Source: Sanchytrium tribonematis (lineage: Eukaryota). From it: a stretch of 64,000 nt of DNA. Made by a program: the position numbers and the translations under genes. Shown in pieces: positions 1 through 11,593 of this stretch (position 1 is its first letter; every line of letters begins with the position of its first letter). The stretch spans positions 1 to 64,000 of the forward strand of contig JADGIG010000001.1 of the NCBI GenBank assembly GCA_018985235.1, written 5' to 3'. The notes beneath the pieces were generated by a model. That model did no database searches, was not told where the DNA came from, and saw nothing but the letters and a program-made list of their open reading frames with translations.

Positions 1-645
1 GTTTTGTCACCAAAAAAATAAATTTCCTTAAATCCTTCTTTCTCAACATGACGCAAGCAGTAAGTTTTATCCCATCTAAATGAAACAAGTATACCCTGTT
101 GGGAATGCATCAAATGAAATTTGGCCTCCAATAGAGTATGTCAATCCATAATCACCAAATTCTTCTTGCAATTTTTCAATAAACTTCGAGCGAATATTAT
201 GAATTTTGTCATATTTTTCGAATTCTAATCTTTCATCATAGCTGCAATTACGTCCTATCGGACTAATATTAATCATTCCACGTCTAAATTCGACAAAAGT
301 TCCTCGTTTTTGTGGAATATTCAAATCTGCAATATAACGCAAACAAAAATTGACCAATTTCGTGTATTTTTCTTCGCCTACAAACTGTAGAAAAGACTGG
401 GAAGCTAGAGGTTGTCCATCCTTGTATGCGGTAAGTCCATTTTCTGCGAAACAATAGTCAAACATTGTTAATACATTATCACCAAGCTGTTCGACTTGTT
501 TAGATAAGTCTGATCCTCCTACAAATCCAATAGTGACCTTATTTCTTAGTCGCTTTAATATCTCAAGCATTTCCGGCTCAACAGTTTTTCTAGCTTTTGT
601 TAAAGTACCGTCAACATCAAAAAGCACTAAAATATCCTTGGCCAT
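1..645 (-). CDS. SEC53: Phosphomannomutase (HAD family); exons 645-95 and 75-<1, 3' end runs off the window
   Basis: [32 protein letters not shown] and GGQISFD motifs; removing the 19-nt intron restores [13 protein letters not shown]. Confidence 0.96.
76..94 (-). other. 19-nt spliceosomal intron GTATACTTGTTTCATTTAG (phase 2)
   Basis: GT-AG; removal joins GG|A TGG GAT AAA and restores the conserved GWDK. Confidence 0.93.
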
Positions 646-772
646 TTAGTGTTTCCAAATTTCTCCTACTTCTCAATTATTATTTTCATCGCTGATAACA
701 TTATCGCTTCTCAACAATTCATTTAATTAGAAAGTTAATAACACGGAGCTTTGTCAAATCTTATGAAAAATT

Positions 773-1996
773 ATGCATAACAAGGGAGACACAATGATAT
801 TGAGAAATAAAGTTGACTTCAATGGATGGATTAGGGCGATTAGAAAGAGCAAAACTGTCACCTTTATCCAAGCTAGTGATGGCAAACATGATACGCAGAT
901 TGTAACACCAATGAAATCAGTTTGGACTGTGGGTTCAGCTATACATTGTATAGGAAATACACAAATACATAATGGGAAACCAGAACTGCATGCTGAAAAA
1001 ATTACTCTTATCTCTAAATGCGATTCATTGAAATATCCTTTGCAAAACAAAAGACATACTTTAGAATTTTTAAGGAAATATCCTCATCTAAATTCTAGAC
1101 GAATTTTTCATAATACAATATTGCAATTTAGGGATTTTCTGAGTTTAGAAATTAGTAACTACTTTCATGCTCAAGATTTCTTGAATGTACATACACCTAT
1201 ACTAACATCTAATGACTGCGAGGGTGCTGGGGAAACACTTAATGTCAAGAACGATATGTTCAACGCGAAGCCTTATATGACTGTAAGTGCGCAACTCCAT
1301 TTAGAAGCAATTGGTGCTGGTTTTAAGAACGTCTATACTTTAAGTCCATGTTTTCGGGCGGAAAAAACATTGTCCAGTAAGCATTTAGCAGAATTTTACA
1401 TGTTGGAAGTGGAGATGCACTTTCTCGATGATATAAATTCATTAATGGATTTTGTGGAAAATCTCTTTCTTTTTCTGGTGCAAAAGTCAAACGAATTCAT
1501 GAAGAACAAAGCGGAAAAGTTAGGAACCGAAGTAGACTTTTATTTTGAAGAGAAAAAATTCGACAAAATAGAACGAATAACTTATGACGACGCATTTGAC
1601 CGACTTTCGAAAGCAAAAAGATACTTTGAAACACCTTTAAAATACGGTGATCTTTCCAGTGAACATGAACAATGTCTTGTAGAATTAATGGAAGGTCCCA
1701 CATTTGTCACGCATTATCCTAAATCACACAAGCCATTTTATATGAAAACTGAAAATGACAAGGCAATTTGTTTTGACTTTTTAGTTCCCAAGGTGGGTGA
1801 ATTGGTGGGAGGTTCATTAAGGGAATTGGATTTGAAAACTGCTTTGCCTTGGTACAATGAATTGCGAGAATTCAACAAAGTTCCGCATGGTGGATTTGGC
1901 TTGGGTTTCGAAAGGTTAATCATGTTTATAATGAATCTACACTCAATACGAGAAGCAAAGCCATTCCCTAGATATTACAAGCATTTATTGTGCTAA
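773..1996 (+). CDS. SLM5: Asparaginyl-tRNA synthetase, mitochondrial type
   Basis: NGWIRAIR OB-fold start, TSNDCEGAGE, FRAEK..HLAEFYMLE, PHGGFGLGFERL. Confidence 0.88.
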   Translation: MHNKGDTMILRNKVDFNGWIRAIRKSKTVTFIQASDGKHDTQIVTPMKSVWTVGSAIHCIGNTQIHNGKPELHAEKITLISKCDSLKYPLQNKRHTLEFLRKYPHLNSRRIFHNTILQFRDFLSLEISNYFHAQDFLNVHTPILTSNDCEGAGETLNVKNDMFNAKPYMTVSAQLHLEAIGAGFKNVYTLSPCFRAEKTLSSKHLAEFYMLEVEMHFLDDINSLMDFVENLFLFLVQKSNEFMKNKAEKLGTEVDFYFEEKKFDKIERITYDDAFDRLSKAKRYFETPLKYGDLSSEHEQCLVELMEGPTFVTHYPKSHKPFYMKTENDKAICFDFLVPKVGELVGGSLRELDLKTALPWYNELREFNKVPHGGFGLGFERLIMFIMNLHSIREAKPFPRYYKHLLC

Positions 1997-4063
1997 CCCC
2001 ATACGTCTAAGAGTAAACGACCTTCAGTTTTCATTTTCGCTAACCCCTTTTTAATATGAGCCATCTCCTCCATAACAGTTTCCACTTCTCTGGCCATTGC
2101 GGTATCCCCGCAAATATAAACATAGCCTCGTTCAACTACATTTAATACAAATTCTGGATAACTTTTTAACCTGTGTTGTACATAACATTTTTCATTAGTC
2201 TCACGACTATATGCAGTGTCATAAACATCTAAAAGGCCTTCTTTTACACCGTCATCGAAATCGTTCCTATAAATTGTTTCATCTTTAGTCCTGCAGCCGA
2301 AAAGAAACAAAATTGAATTTTCTTTCAAAGCAGAATTTGGACTGCAATCCTCTTCAAAACAATATGATATTGAATGGTTATCATTTTCGATTAATTTGCT
2401 ATTGACAATTCTTTTAGTGCCGTATCTTTGAGATCTATGCCTGAGTTCCCTTAAGAGTCCCCTAAATGGTGCTACACCGGTGCCTTTATTAGTAATTTAT
2501 ACCTGGCCCAACCCATAACATCGGAACTGGGTATTTGGGAATTTTAAAATTTGACTTTCTTGTAAAAACTGGGACTATTAAGGGCGAAATCTGTCCGTCA
2601 GATTTATGATACCTTTGAAGATATTTCTCACATCTAGTGAAATATGATGTACATAAACCTTTCATTTTTTTAGATTTGGTTTCAGAAACAAGTCCATTTT
2701 TTATCATTGAAGGCTGTTCCATATTATAGTCAACAGTGATGGCACAAACACTAATTGAATCGCCAAGCCTTTCACTGCTTGTGATGCTGTACCATCGTGC
2801 AGCAATTCGAGTCATATAGAGCAAAATGCATTCTAAAACCTTCTCGGTTGGTGGGATTTGTAGTAATTTAACGAAATCCATTATGGATAACTTTTTGTCA
2901 AACACATACATTTTATAAAATTCATCATTGACAATTTGCGCATATCCTAAGGATTTAAACTTTTGTATGAGATTAATAGGCACTGGTGCACTGAGATCAA
3001 TATAGAATCTCAATAGAGTACGAATCGTTCGAGCTGGCTCTTTTTCCCACAAAACGACTGTATCGAGTTTTGTTCTTCCAATGATTACATCTTCATTGAA
3101 TAGAAAGTTCGAATCAACAATAGTTGGACCATTTATGACTTTTAATTCTTGTTCCTCCGTCTTTTCGTCTAGACTAAAGTAATTTACCATTTCCAAAACG
3201 TTTTCCAAGCTATTTTGCGGATAAATCGCAACATGATCTCCATACTCCCAATTTAGTTTTGGTTCTTTATCGTTTAATTCGAACTCTAAATGCCAACAAA
3301 TTCTGTCCTTTTCAAATATTTTATCAATATTGGCTATTCTCAACAACTTGGGATATGTCCGATCTACAACCAACTCGTGGATCGGCAGTCCAAGAAGAAT
3401 ATTTTCTTTGGTCGAATTGTATATGACATCTATGTTCTTGTCAGTTTTGCTCATTTTTAAACCAAACTTACTGCCATATTCTATTAAAAATGGTTCAAAC
3501 TCTGATATAAAATTATAAAATTCCATTTCTAATGATTTGGTTTCATCCAGTTCTTTGTATAATAGTGGTTTTCCAATAAGTTTTTTAAGATGCCTTGCGG
3601 CTTGGTTAAATCTTGGATACGTTGAACTGCCAAGACCAAGAATTACTGAATCCATATCACTGAAAATATTATCATCTGATTGCTTCAATTCTTTATAAAA
3701 TGTGATAGCATCATCGGATGGATCGCCATCCCCAAAGGTGCTCACAACAAAAATTATTAGTTTACATGGCAATTTAATTCTCAAATCAATTTTGCCAACA
3801 TTTACGACAATTGCAGACATAGCATAAGTAAGAATTATATCTTGCAATTTCTTCGAATAGTACAATGCATTTCCTGTTTGAGTAGAGTACAATATAATCA
3901 CATCGCTATTTACAATTTTAACTTCTTCCTCAACTTGAATTTGGTCTTGAAATTGAGCTTGTTTAAGCATGAGTTCTTTCATAAAATCATCTTCAGGATT
4001 CTTTTTTATAAATTTATAATAAACTACGATGCATATTGCAAAAATTAAAGCCAATTCCAACAT
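1993..4063 (-). CDS. NCP1: NADPH-cytochrome P450 reductase-like diflavin reductase; exons 4063-2503 and 2483-1993
   Basis: N-terminal TM anchor, flavodoxin motifs YSTQTGNA and STFGDGD, RWYSITSS, spliced GPGTGVAPFRG, LFGCR, YICGD, terminal DVWG. Confidence 0.85.
2484..2502 (-). other. 19-nt spliceosomal intron GTATAAATTACTAATAAAG (phase 1)
   Basis: Removal restores GPG-TGVAPF; contains a near-canonical TACTAAT branch site. Confidence 0.94.
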
Positions 4064-4119
4064 TGAAAACTCCTTAAATTTGTTAGAGAAGAAAATAATT
4101 AATTTACTCCAAGCATAGA

Positions 4120-5220
4120 TTAGTTCAATTTGCCATAATCCTGCTTCTCTTTGATTTTACGCTCTGTATAATACACAAAACTATCAATCAGACCCGCGAC
4201 AGTAAAAACACCACCAACGATTGCACAAATATTAATTAACATTTCTATCCACGACGATTTGTATTCTCGATAATGAATCTGAATAGGGGATATATCAAAA
4301 TCAAAGAATACACCAGGCAGACCAGTAGCTTGCCCGTTGGAAGACCCAACATCCCTGTAGTGGTGAGTAACTGAATATTGATTGGTGCTGAGCTTGGTGT
4401 GATTCAAAAACTGGTACTGTGTGCTTATAACCTTTACGAAATATTTGAAATTTGTACTAGTCGATTTTTTTGAATCAGGATGGCTCATGTAGGTATGATC
4501 CAAAGGACTCGGTCTAACTCGAGTTCCAAAGCTTAAATAGTGTATGTTATGGCTGAAGTCGTAATCACGTTTTGAATATGGTAGTAGAGCGTGAACATGA
4601 GCGCCACCCATTTGAAAACTTTGACCGGCAGCAAAATGAAAATTACCTTGGATTTTATGGATAGAAAATTCTCCGCTCATATTACAGCCTTCAAAACTCT
4701 GAGTTTTTACCAGCTCTTCCATATTCTCACTAGCACATTGTTGTGTTGCCATAATATCTAAGACACTCCAACCCTTGATGGAATATGCGCTTTTCAATTC
4801 GTCACAAGTATTACAACATTTATGTTTCTCACTTTCAGCTCCAAAGCAGCTTCCGCAATCTTTGATATCTTTAATCGATGCCTTGGTAACATGTATGACC
4901 TTACCACTTTCATCGAGCCGGGTCTTGGCGACATTTTCTGACACTGCTTCTGTATGGTCTCCAGTATTGTCTAGTACATCAAGGCTGAGCAAGAAGCAAG
5001 GAACTTTTGGAAATGTTATATTAAAATAAACCTCCATTAATTGATTTCGTTCAGTATCCACTGACATAGAGTGATCAACCTTTACGGAAAACCCATCCCA
5101 AAGTTCTGAAAGAATTAATATAAATATTATTCCGAGAGTAGCAATGGATATAGATGCACCAGATTTTGTTCGAATTTGATTTTCCCTGTTTATCTTTTGC
5201 AGAATATCAAATTGTTGCAT
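4120..5220 (-). CDS. ERV46: ER-Golgi vesicle protein Erv46/ERGIC3
   Basis: CGSCFGA..CCNTC, EGC, GNFHFA, PGVFFDFDISP, CAIVGGVFTVAG, C-terminal GKLN. Confidence 0.92.
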   Translation of the reverse strand: MQQFDILQKINRENQIRTKSGASISIATLGIIFILILSELWDGFSVKVDHSMSVDTERNQLMEVYFNITFPKVPCFLLSLDVLDNTGDHTEAVSENVAKTRLDESGKVIHVTKASIKDIKDCGSCFGAESEKHKCCNTCDELKSAYSIKGWSVLDIMATQQCASENMEELVKTQSFEGCNMSGEFSIHKIQGNFHFAAGQSFQMGGAHVHALLPYSKRDYDFSHNIHYLSFGTRVRPSPLDHTYMSHPDSKKSTSTNFKYFVKVISTQYQFLNHTKLSTNQYSVTHHYRDVGSSNGQATGLPGVFFDFDISPIQIHYREYKSSWIEMLINICAIVGGVFTVAGLIDSFVYYTERKIKEKQDYGKLN

Positions 5221-5277
5221 GAGAATTGTTTCAAAAAACTTTGCAAATGGTTAAATATACATTTTATTATAATAAAG

Positions 5278-5772
5278 CTAAAGCGATTTTTTCTTTTTCT
5301 TATTACTTGATGGACTAGATGCCTTACGGAGAAATGTCTGATGCGGTCTCCATCCCACAAACCAATTTTGATCGGAATAGCCACAATAACTCGACGAAAA
5401 TGGATTTAAGGCTCCAAACTCTAACTTATAGTACTGGTTAAGAGTAAAATTGAAATCATCGTACATCTTTTTTTCCAAGGAGTCTAAGTGTGTATATATT
5501 GACGTTTCTGCAAAGGAACCTTTTTGAGTAGTATGTGTATCACTAGTATTTAAGCTAAATTTTGAGTATTTTGACATCCTGTTGACTATTGTATAAAACA
5601 CAACATAAAAATTCTCAAAACTTTTGTCATGAAGTGCATTCAAATAAAAATCATTATTGATGGACCTTATGTTAATAACGGAGTCTGATTCTAATAGCAG
5701 TCTGTATTTTTCTTCGTCTTTTTCCGGAGCTTGCAAAGGCACACGATATAATGGGCTCAAGAAATGAACCAT
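5278..5772 (-). CDS. Hypothetical protein, 164 aa, basic C-terminus
   Basis: ATG-started ORF filling the gap between genes, preceded by a CTCCCCC motif; no family recognised. Confidence 0.55.
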   Translation of the reverse strand: MVHFLSPLYRVPLQAPEKDEEKYRLLLESDSVINIRSINNDFYLNALHDKSFENFYVVFYTIVNRMSKYSKFSLNTSDTHTTQKGSFAETSIYTHLDSLEKKMYDDFNFTLNQYYKLEFGALNPFSSSYCGYSDQNWFVGWRPHQTFLRKASSPSSNKKKKKSL

Positions 5773-5788
5773 GAGTTTTGGGGGAGTA

Positions 5789-6493
5789 TCAAAAATTTAT
5801 TAAAAGTATTGTGGTGAGGAATATCATGCTCAAGCTTATTGGTGATGTTGACGCACCTGATTTCTTGGTAATATCCTGATTTTCTACTGGTGCCGTGGAG
5901 TTGCTTGAGGAATCGCTGCTATTATCGGAGCTAGGGTCTGTCATTGAATCGGAGCCTAAAGAATCATCCGAGCACTCACCAGGTTTTGTTTTTGTTATAC
6001 CCTTACATTTTGCTTGACAAATGTTTTCAAAGGTAGTACCATCACCACAAACTGGTTTATATTCGGACGAGCACGAATCGCAACTCCCAGAGCCACTGCT
6101 AGAATCACCACCAGAAGTGGCGTCTACTTCGCTTTGTTTGCACTTTCTGTGGAATTGTATACTCATTTGCTGACATGTTGCGTAACAAGGATTCTTCAAG
6201 CTTGCAAGTTGCGTGCCAAGCTTGGCGCATACAAATTGCACGGGTTGCCGTTCGCAATAGCTGCAATCTTTGACTCCTGAATTGCCCATACCACTATTCA
6301 TCGAGCCCATGCTATTCATCGAGCCCATGCCGCTCATTGAATTTCCTCCCATTCCCATTCCCATTCCTGTTCCAGTTCCCATTCCATTATTCATTTTCAT
6401 GCTTGAACTTCCCATTGCTGAGAGTTGTGGTTGTTGATTCCCACCCATTCTAGCGTTCATCATTGCAGTTGCTTCAATTATAAATAGAGTCAT
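5789..6493 (-). CDS. Probable secreted/GPI-anchored protein with two Kazal-type domains and a Met/Gly/Ser-rich region
   Basis: CSSEYKPVCGDGTTFENICQAKC..GEC plus a second Cys pattern; Ser/Asp stalk and hydrophobic C-terminal tail; start at 6493 is inferred. Confidence 0.72.
   Translation of the reverse strand: MTLFIIEATAMMNARMGGNQQPQLSAMGSSSMKMNNGMGTGTGMGMGMGGNSMSGMGSMNSMGSMNSGMGNSGVKDCSYCERQPVQFVCAKLGTQLASLKNPCYATCQQMSIQFHRKCKQSEVDATSGGDSSSGSGSCDSCSSEYKPVCGDGTTFENICQAKCKGITKTKPGECSDDSLGSDSMTDPSSDNSSDSSSNSTAPVENQDITKKSGASTSPISLSMIFLTTILLINF
6294..6329. repeat. 18-nt tandem direct repeat x2 (ctattcatcgagcccatg), coding MGSMNS
   Basis: Two exact copies at 6294-6311 and 6312-6329; short cccatt repeats follow near 6348-6365. 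Confidence 0.85.
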
Positions 6494-6695
6494 AGGGATG
6501 GTCCATTCGATTGATTTAAACCTAGTTTGTGATCTATTGCAACGTAAAAAATATTTTGATTCGCTCTCAGGATCACAATAACCTGATGCAAATTTCTGTG
6601 TCAGCCAAGATCTTAAAGAGCTTCCACAATGTTGCACATATTTCAAGCCTTCAATTACCAGTATATTGTAAACATTTTTTTGAAACTTGTGGCTG

Positions 6696-9600
6696 ATGTT
6701 GTCCATTCTTAAAAATGCCAATACAACACCCGCCATCACAGAATTGGCTTCGAAGCCATTTAAGGCCTTCAAAAGCTTGTTGTCTGAGATCTGCGCAGTA
6801 GAAGACATCTATGAGGCTATATTTGAAAATTCAATTGTAAACACTACCGCTCACCCAGCAATGATGTTGGATGATAATGGTGAATCATATCTTTGGTATG
6901 AATTTGATCTTCATTGGCATTCTAATCGAAAACTAGGTAGAAAACATGCACATCAAGTGCTTAGTTTGCATACTAAATTTGTGAGCTACCTAAAAGCCCT
7001 TGTATTAAGACACCCAGACGAAGTTGACGGGCTAATCGAAATTGCTTTGGAAGGATCAAAGTCATTATACCGTCCTATTAGGCAAATCACCACTCTTATT
7101 GGTTTGCACTTGATTGTCAGCTGGGTGGAATCCGGACGTGATTCAACCTTGCTTGTTGATAAAATTTTAAAAAAGAGACTATGCGATACTGACTTGAACA
7201 TAAGTGTCATGGTCATGATATACTTGAGTGAAATTTACCTCCTTGACTCTGATTATAGTTGTAAAAAGCTTAATGATTGCTTGGTCAACCTCTCTTCTTG
7301 GATGCAGTCAAATCAGGAAGTTCTTCGCAAAACTGCAGTTTATGTTATATATAAAATTCATAATATCAAAGAGGATCAACTGCAATACCGATTAAAAGAA
7401 CTTGTTGAGAGGAATATTTTATCATTAGCCACTGGAATATTCTCGCCTTCTGACTATCACATTTTAGTTCTATCCTGGGCTATGAATTGTCACATTATCA
7501 ATCCCAAAATATTAGTCTTACTCGCTGATAAAGCTTTGGGAGTCAAAAAGAAAGAGTTATTTGAAATGATTAAATCTTACTTGGGATTTTCGTCAAATTT
7601 TCATAATGATTCTTTATTGAATGAATACATTGGAGTTTGTAAATTCTTTGGTCTGATGATGTATGAACTTGAACAATTTGAAGTGGGGTCTTCGGAATAT
7701 GATAAATCAGCATTTTTAAATTTTTATCTTCAAAAATTCGACTTATTAATTTACCGTCTTTACGGTACAAAATTCGATACATTTGTTAGCCCACAATCTA
7801 TGAAGTTAAACAAAGTAGAGATACCCGATTATCTGGAGGAATTAGAGGGTGGTGAGAATATACCAGCATTCATATCCGAATTTATTCCCTTAGACCTTAT
7901 TGTCCGACTTCAACTTGTTCGTAATAATCCAAACTATTTCAAATCTTACTTTATGGGAGGAACGTATTTATTTGAGAGTAAAACCTACCGAGAAGAGTCC
8001 AACATTCACGATTTGCTAGAGTCCACAAAAGTGACAGAAGCAGATGAAGAAGTGGACATGTCGAGTTCCAGCGGGTATTTGAAATTTGTTAAAGTAACTT
8101 GTTCAAGTCTGCAATTATTGACTTGTCTTGAAGTCGCTAGATATTTGAATCTAAATGTCCAATTTGATTTAAATAGGTACTGCTCCTTTGAGTCATACCT
8201 GTTATACAATAAGAAATATAGTCCTATCAACGAATTTTCTTGGGAAAAGGCGCCAAACTTCTTCAAGATTTCGAATTTGGATCAAGAAATAGATTTTCTT
8301 CACTCTTTGTTTTCAAAGTTGGACAAAGAATCCACCAACATGTTTTCATTGGTTCAAAGTATCTCTTTCTTTATAAACCAATATGACGGCGATTCATCGC
8401 AAATCGCAGGACTCGTTCAACATTGTGTTAACAAACTAATCGAGGCTGCGCTACAAGAAAGCGACGATATACACAAGCTAAACTATTTTCAACATGTATG
8501 CTGTATTTTACAAGCATCATCAAAACTAGAGCCTCTTGAATTAAGCGAACAATTTCAGTCCCAAATATGCTTCACAATTAATGAAATAATTGCTTCAGGA
8601 GACGACTATCAGATACTAAAATCATGTCAAATTCTTAACTTGTTTTTTCAATGTCAAATTCTAGAAAGTGATAATCTAGTTGTCCTTCAAGGTGCTTCTT
8701 TACATATATTAAAAAAAATTCCAGATATTTACCAAAACAATTACTTTGACTATACGACAGTCCTCCCAACATTTCAACAAAATTACATGTTTTTATCTTT
8801 GTCTGAAATACTTCTCATTCTAAACACAGAAATGCAAAGAATCTTAAGTGGAAATCCACATCCAGGCGTGATTAAAAGACAAATTTCGAATTTGATATTG
8901 TCTGTAACCGCAATAACAAATCTGTTTATTGATTTATCAAAGCTAAATTCTAAAAAAATTGAATTTTTAAAAAAATGCTACACTTATTTGCAAAAATTTC
9001 TAGGATCTTTTATACAACAACACGAGGATTTCAATCTTTATCTCACTAATTTATCGGGGTTACATCGAAGCATACTGAAAATGATTGCTACAATTAGTGA
9101 AGAGAATGTTGATCTGTTAATTGGGTTTGATAAATTACTACTTGATTTAGTCAAACAGAAGCGAGGCAGGGAAATGCAGACGCTGATTGAAACTGATGCT
9201 GTGGTGGAAATGTATTTGTTATTGATATAGATTAAGAGCTGTAGATTTGGGAGCAATTAAGAAAGATGTGTTTCTTCAATTAAAACAAAATGTTGGAGCA
9301 TACTACAACTGTTTATGCAAAGTAGCAGGGATCGGAGGGCTCAAAGCACAAAAGTTGAATCAAGGACGCAAGAAGAAAAAATTAGCCGCAGTAGAGGTAC
9401 GGAATGCGTCATCGGTCAGCTCACCGATAGGAAAGCGTGGTGCAACATTAAGAATACCAAAATTGAATACGAAGAGAAAAGTAGAAGACTCTGGAGATGA
9501 ATCTGTAAAAAAAATATTGACTGAGCCTGAGACCCGGTCTAGTTCGTCTGAATTGGGATTCGACGAGGCCGAAAATTCTAGTATTATCGAATTTGATTAA
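6696..9600 (+). CDS. Divergent cohesin Scc3/STAG-like HEAT protein; exons 6696-9211 and 9231-9600
   Basis: YRPIRQITTL and KKRLCDTDLNI resemble the STAG-domain RxxRHTST and SCD HRYRD motifs; the intron joins the 847-aa and 117-aa ORFs in frame. Confidence 0.55.
9212..9230 (+). other. 19-nt spliceosomal intron GTATTTGTTATTGATATAG (phase 2)
   Basis: Matches the window's intron consensus and fuses two adjacent ORFs in frame. Confidence 0.85.
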
Positions 9601-9605
9601 ATAAA

Positions 9606-10830
9606 TTATTTATTACGTACAACTTTATCGACGCTGCTACAAAAATAATCCAGATTAGATTCAATTAAGCCACACATGCTGATTCTTCCATTGTCAGTCA
9701 TATAAATATGAAACTCATTTTTGAGTCTTAGCACTTGCTGCTTATTTAAACCAGTAAATGAGAACATCCCAATTTGTGAGGTTATATGGTCCCATGTGCC
9801 TGGTGTTTGCAGCTTGTCCAAACGACTTTTAACACCATCTCTCATTGCGCAAATTCTTCCCGACATTTCTCTGAGCTCTTCTTCCCATTCTTTATACAAT
9901 TGTGGACTACTTAGAATCGTTGAAACAATTCTAGCACCAAATGCAGGGCAATTAGATACCATAGCTCGCGTAATCTTGCAGAGGTGAGATGTGACTTTTT
10001 CGCATGCTTCCGAAGAAGTGCACGCAACAACTAAACTTCCTACTCTTTCACAATACAATCCAAAATTTTTGCTAAATGATGAAGCAACTAGACACTCTAA
10101 TTTTAAATCATTAATGAAATATCTCATAGCCCATGCATCTCTTGTTAAATCACCAGATGCAAATCCTTGATAAGCATTATCAAAAAAGGCCAGATGACCT
10201 TTATCAGAGATCAGAGATGCTATTTCTTTCCATTGCGCCTCATTCAAATCAACTCCGGTTCTATATTACAAAAAATTACGGATTATGTGCACATGCATGG
10301 AGCAGTATCACGGATCCATTAGGAGCATTCATGATATCAGTTTTCATATCATTAAAAGCCAGCCCTCTTGTGGAAGGGTCGTAATACCTGTATTCTTCCA
10401 CTTTAAGGCCAACACATTCGAAAATAGCCCGATGATTCGCCCAGGTTGGATTACTAATAAGAACTGTCGTATTCGAAAGCGTATTTTTAATAAATTCAGC
10501 CCCAATTCTTAAAGCACCAGTTCCACTTATTGCTTGTACAATCGAAAACCTATCCTCTTCATTTCCAGTCACAAGCTTCAACGCGTGCTTTCGAAAAAGT
10601 GAATGGCCAGCAATTGGAAGATATTCATGATCTTCTTTTCCATTTATGATATCTTCAGCTTTTCGGACTACTTTTAAAACATGAGTTTTGCCTTGCTCGT
10701 CTCTATATGCACCAACACCCAGATTAATTTTATTTTCAAATTTATCAGCCTTGAAAGTATCAGTCAGGTTGAATATCGCATCTGGTGGTAACAGTTCCAC
10801 AGATTGAAAATGAGAAGGAGAAGCTCTCAT
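9606..10830 (-). CDS. AAT2: Aspartate aminotransferase (cytosolic type); exons 10830-10280 and 10260-9606
   Basis: NLGVGAYRD, SGTGALR, spliced HACAHNP-TGVD, DNAYQGFASG, SFSKNFGLYCERVG, GRISMCG. Confidence 0.95.
10261..10279 (-). other. 19-nt spliceosomal intron GTAATTTTTTGTAATATAG (phase 2)
   Basis: Removal restores the invariant HNPTG. Confidence 0.95.
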
Positions 10831-10984
10831 ATCAGTATTTCAAGGAGAATGATTAGTAATTTAGAGCATTGTTTCTCAATAGCCAATAGATTAATTTAAA
10901 TCAATACAAACTTTCATCTCAGCATGAATCAAGAAAATATTGTGAATACTTTTCGAACTGAAAAGTGTTTAGAATCTCCTTGTA

Positions 10985-11593
10985 ATGTGTAGTTCGTCCA
11001 AAGTAATTGAAGATTTAAACATGAAAGTTAATGCGTATATGGAGGACATTCAGTCCTATTTTCTAATATGCGACTACTTAGAGCAAAATTTGATGTTTTC
11101 TGTTCCGATGATGCAGCTGCTTTTTCTCGTAAATGCAAGCACCTTGGCCAGATGCAATACTTTAATATGTATTCATTGGCTTTTGGTTTTAGCTCCGGAG
11201 ACAGTGCAAATTGTAAATCGAGAAATTGTTCATTTTGTGGAAAAGATTGTGAAGCATGATAGTCGAGATATTCCTGGTTGTGCGTACACCGGCACAATCA
11301 TGAAGTTACTTCCCGAGTGGAAAAATACTTTAAATGTGGAGATATTTGAAGAACTGAGCAATCTTGTTTTTGAAGTTGTCAAGTCGGGATTAAAAATTAC
11401 TAACAAAACATTTCTACTCAACATATTAGACCAAGATAGGGAGCGATTTAAAAAATTGAAAGAACTCGAGTATTTTGAACATTCTAGAAAAGAAGCAGAG
11501 GAATTGAAGCGATATTCAAGAGTGGAGAAAGACTATTATCAATTATTAGAAATAGAACGAGATTTATATTTTAAATCTAATCCAAGTGTGTAA
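10985..11593 (+). CDS. Hypothetical protein, 202 aa
   Basis: ATG ORF preceded by a CTCCTT motif; helical, coiled-coil-like C-terminus; no family recognised. Confidence 0.6.
   Translation: MCSSSKVIEDLNMKVNAYMEDIQSYFLICDYLEQNLMFSVPMMQLLFLVNASTLARCNTLICIHWLLVLAPETVQIVNREIVHFVEKIVKHDSRDIPGCAYTGTIMKLLPEWKNTLNVEIFEELSNLVFEVVKSGLKITNKTFLLNILDQDRERFKKLKELEYFEHSRKEAEELKRYSRVEKDYYQLLEIERDLYFKSNPSV

Noticed and set aside
4064..4076. AAGGAG upstream of some ATGs, resembling a Shine-Dalgarno sequence
   Set aside because: The genes are eukaryotic with spliceosomal introns; this is the reverse complement of the CTCCTT promoter-like motif.
6494..6808. 5' extension of the Kazal ORF to 6808 (339-aa ORF)
   Set aside because: It overlaps the start of the Scc3-like gene in antisense and has no signal-peptide character; the ATG at 6493 fits better.
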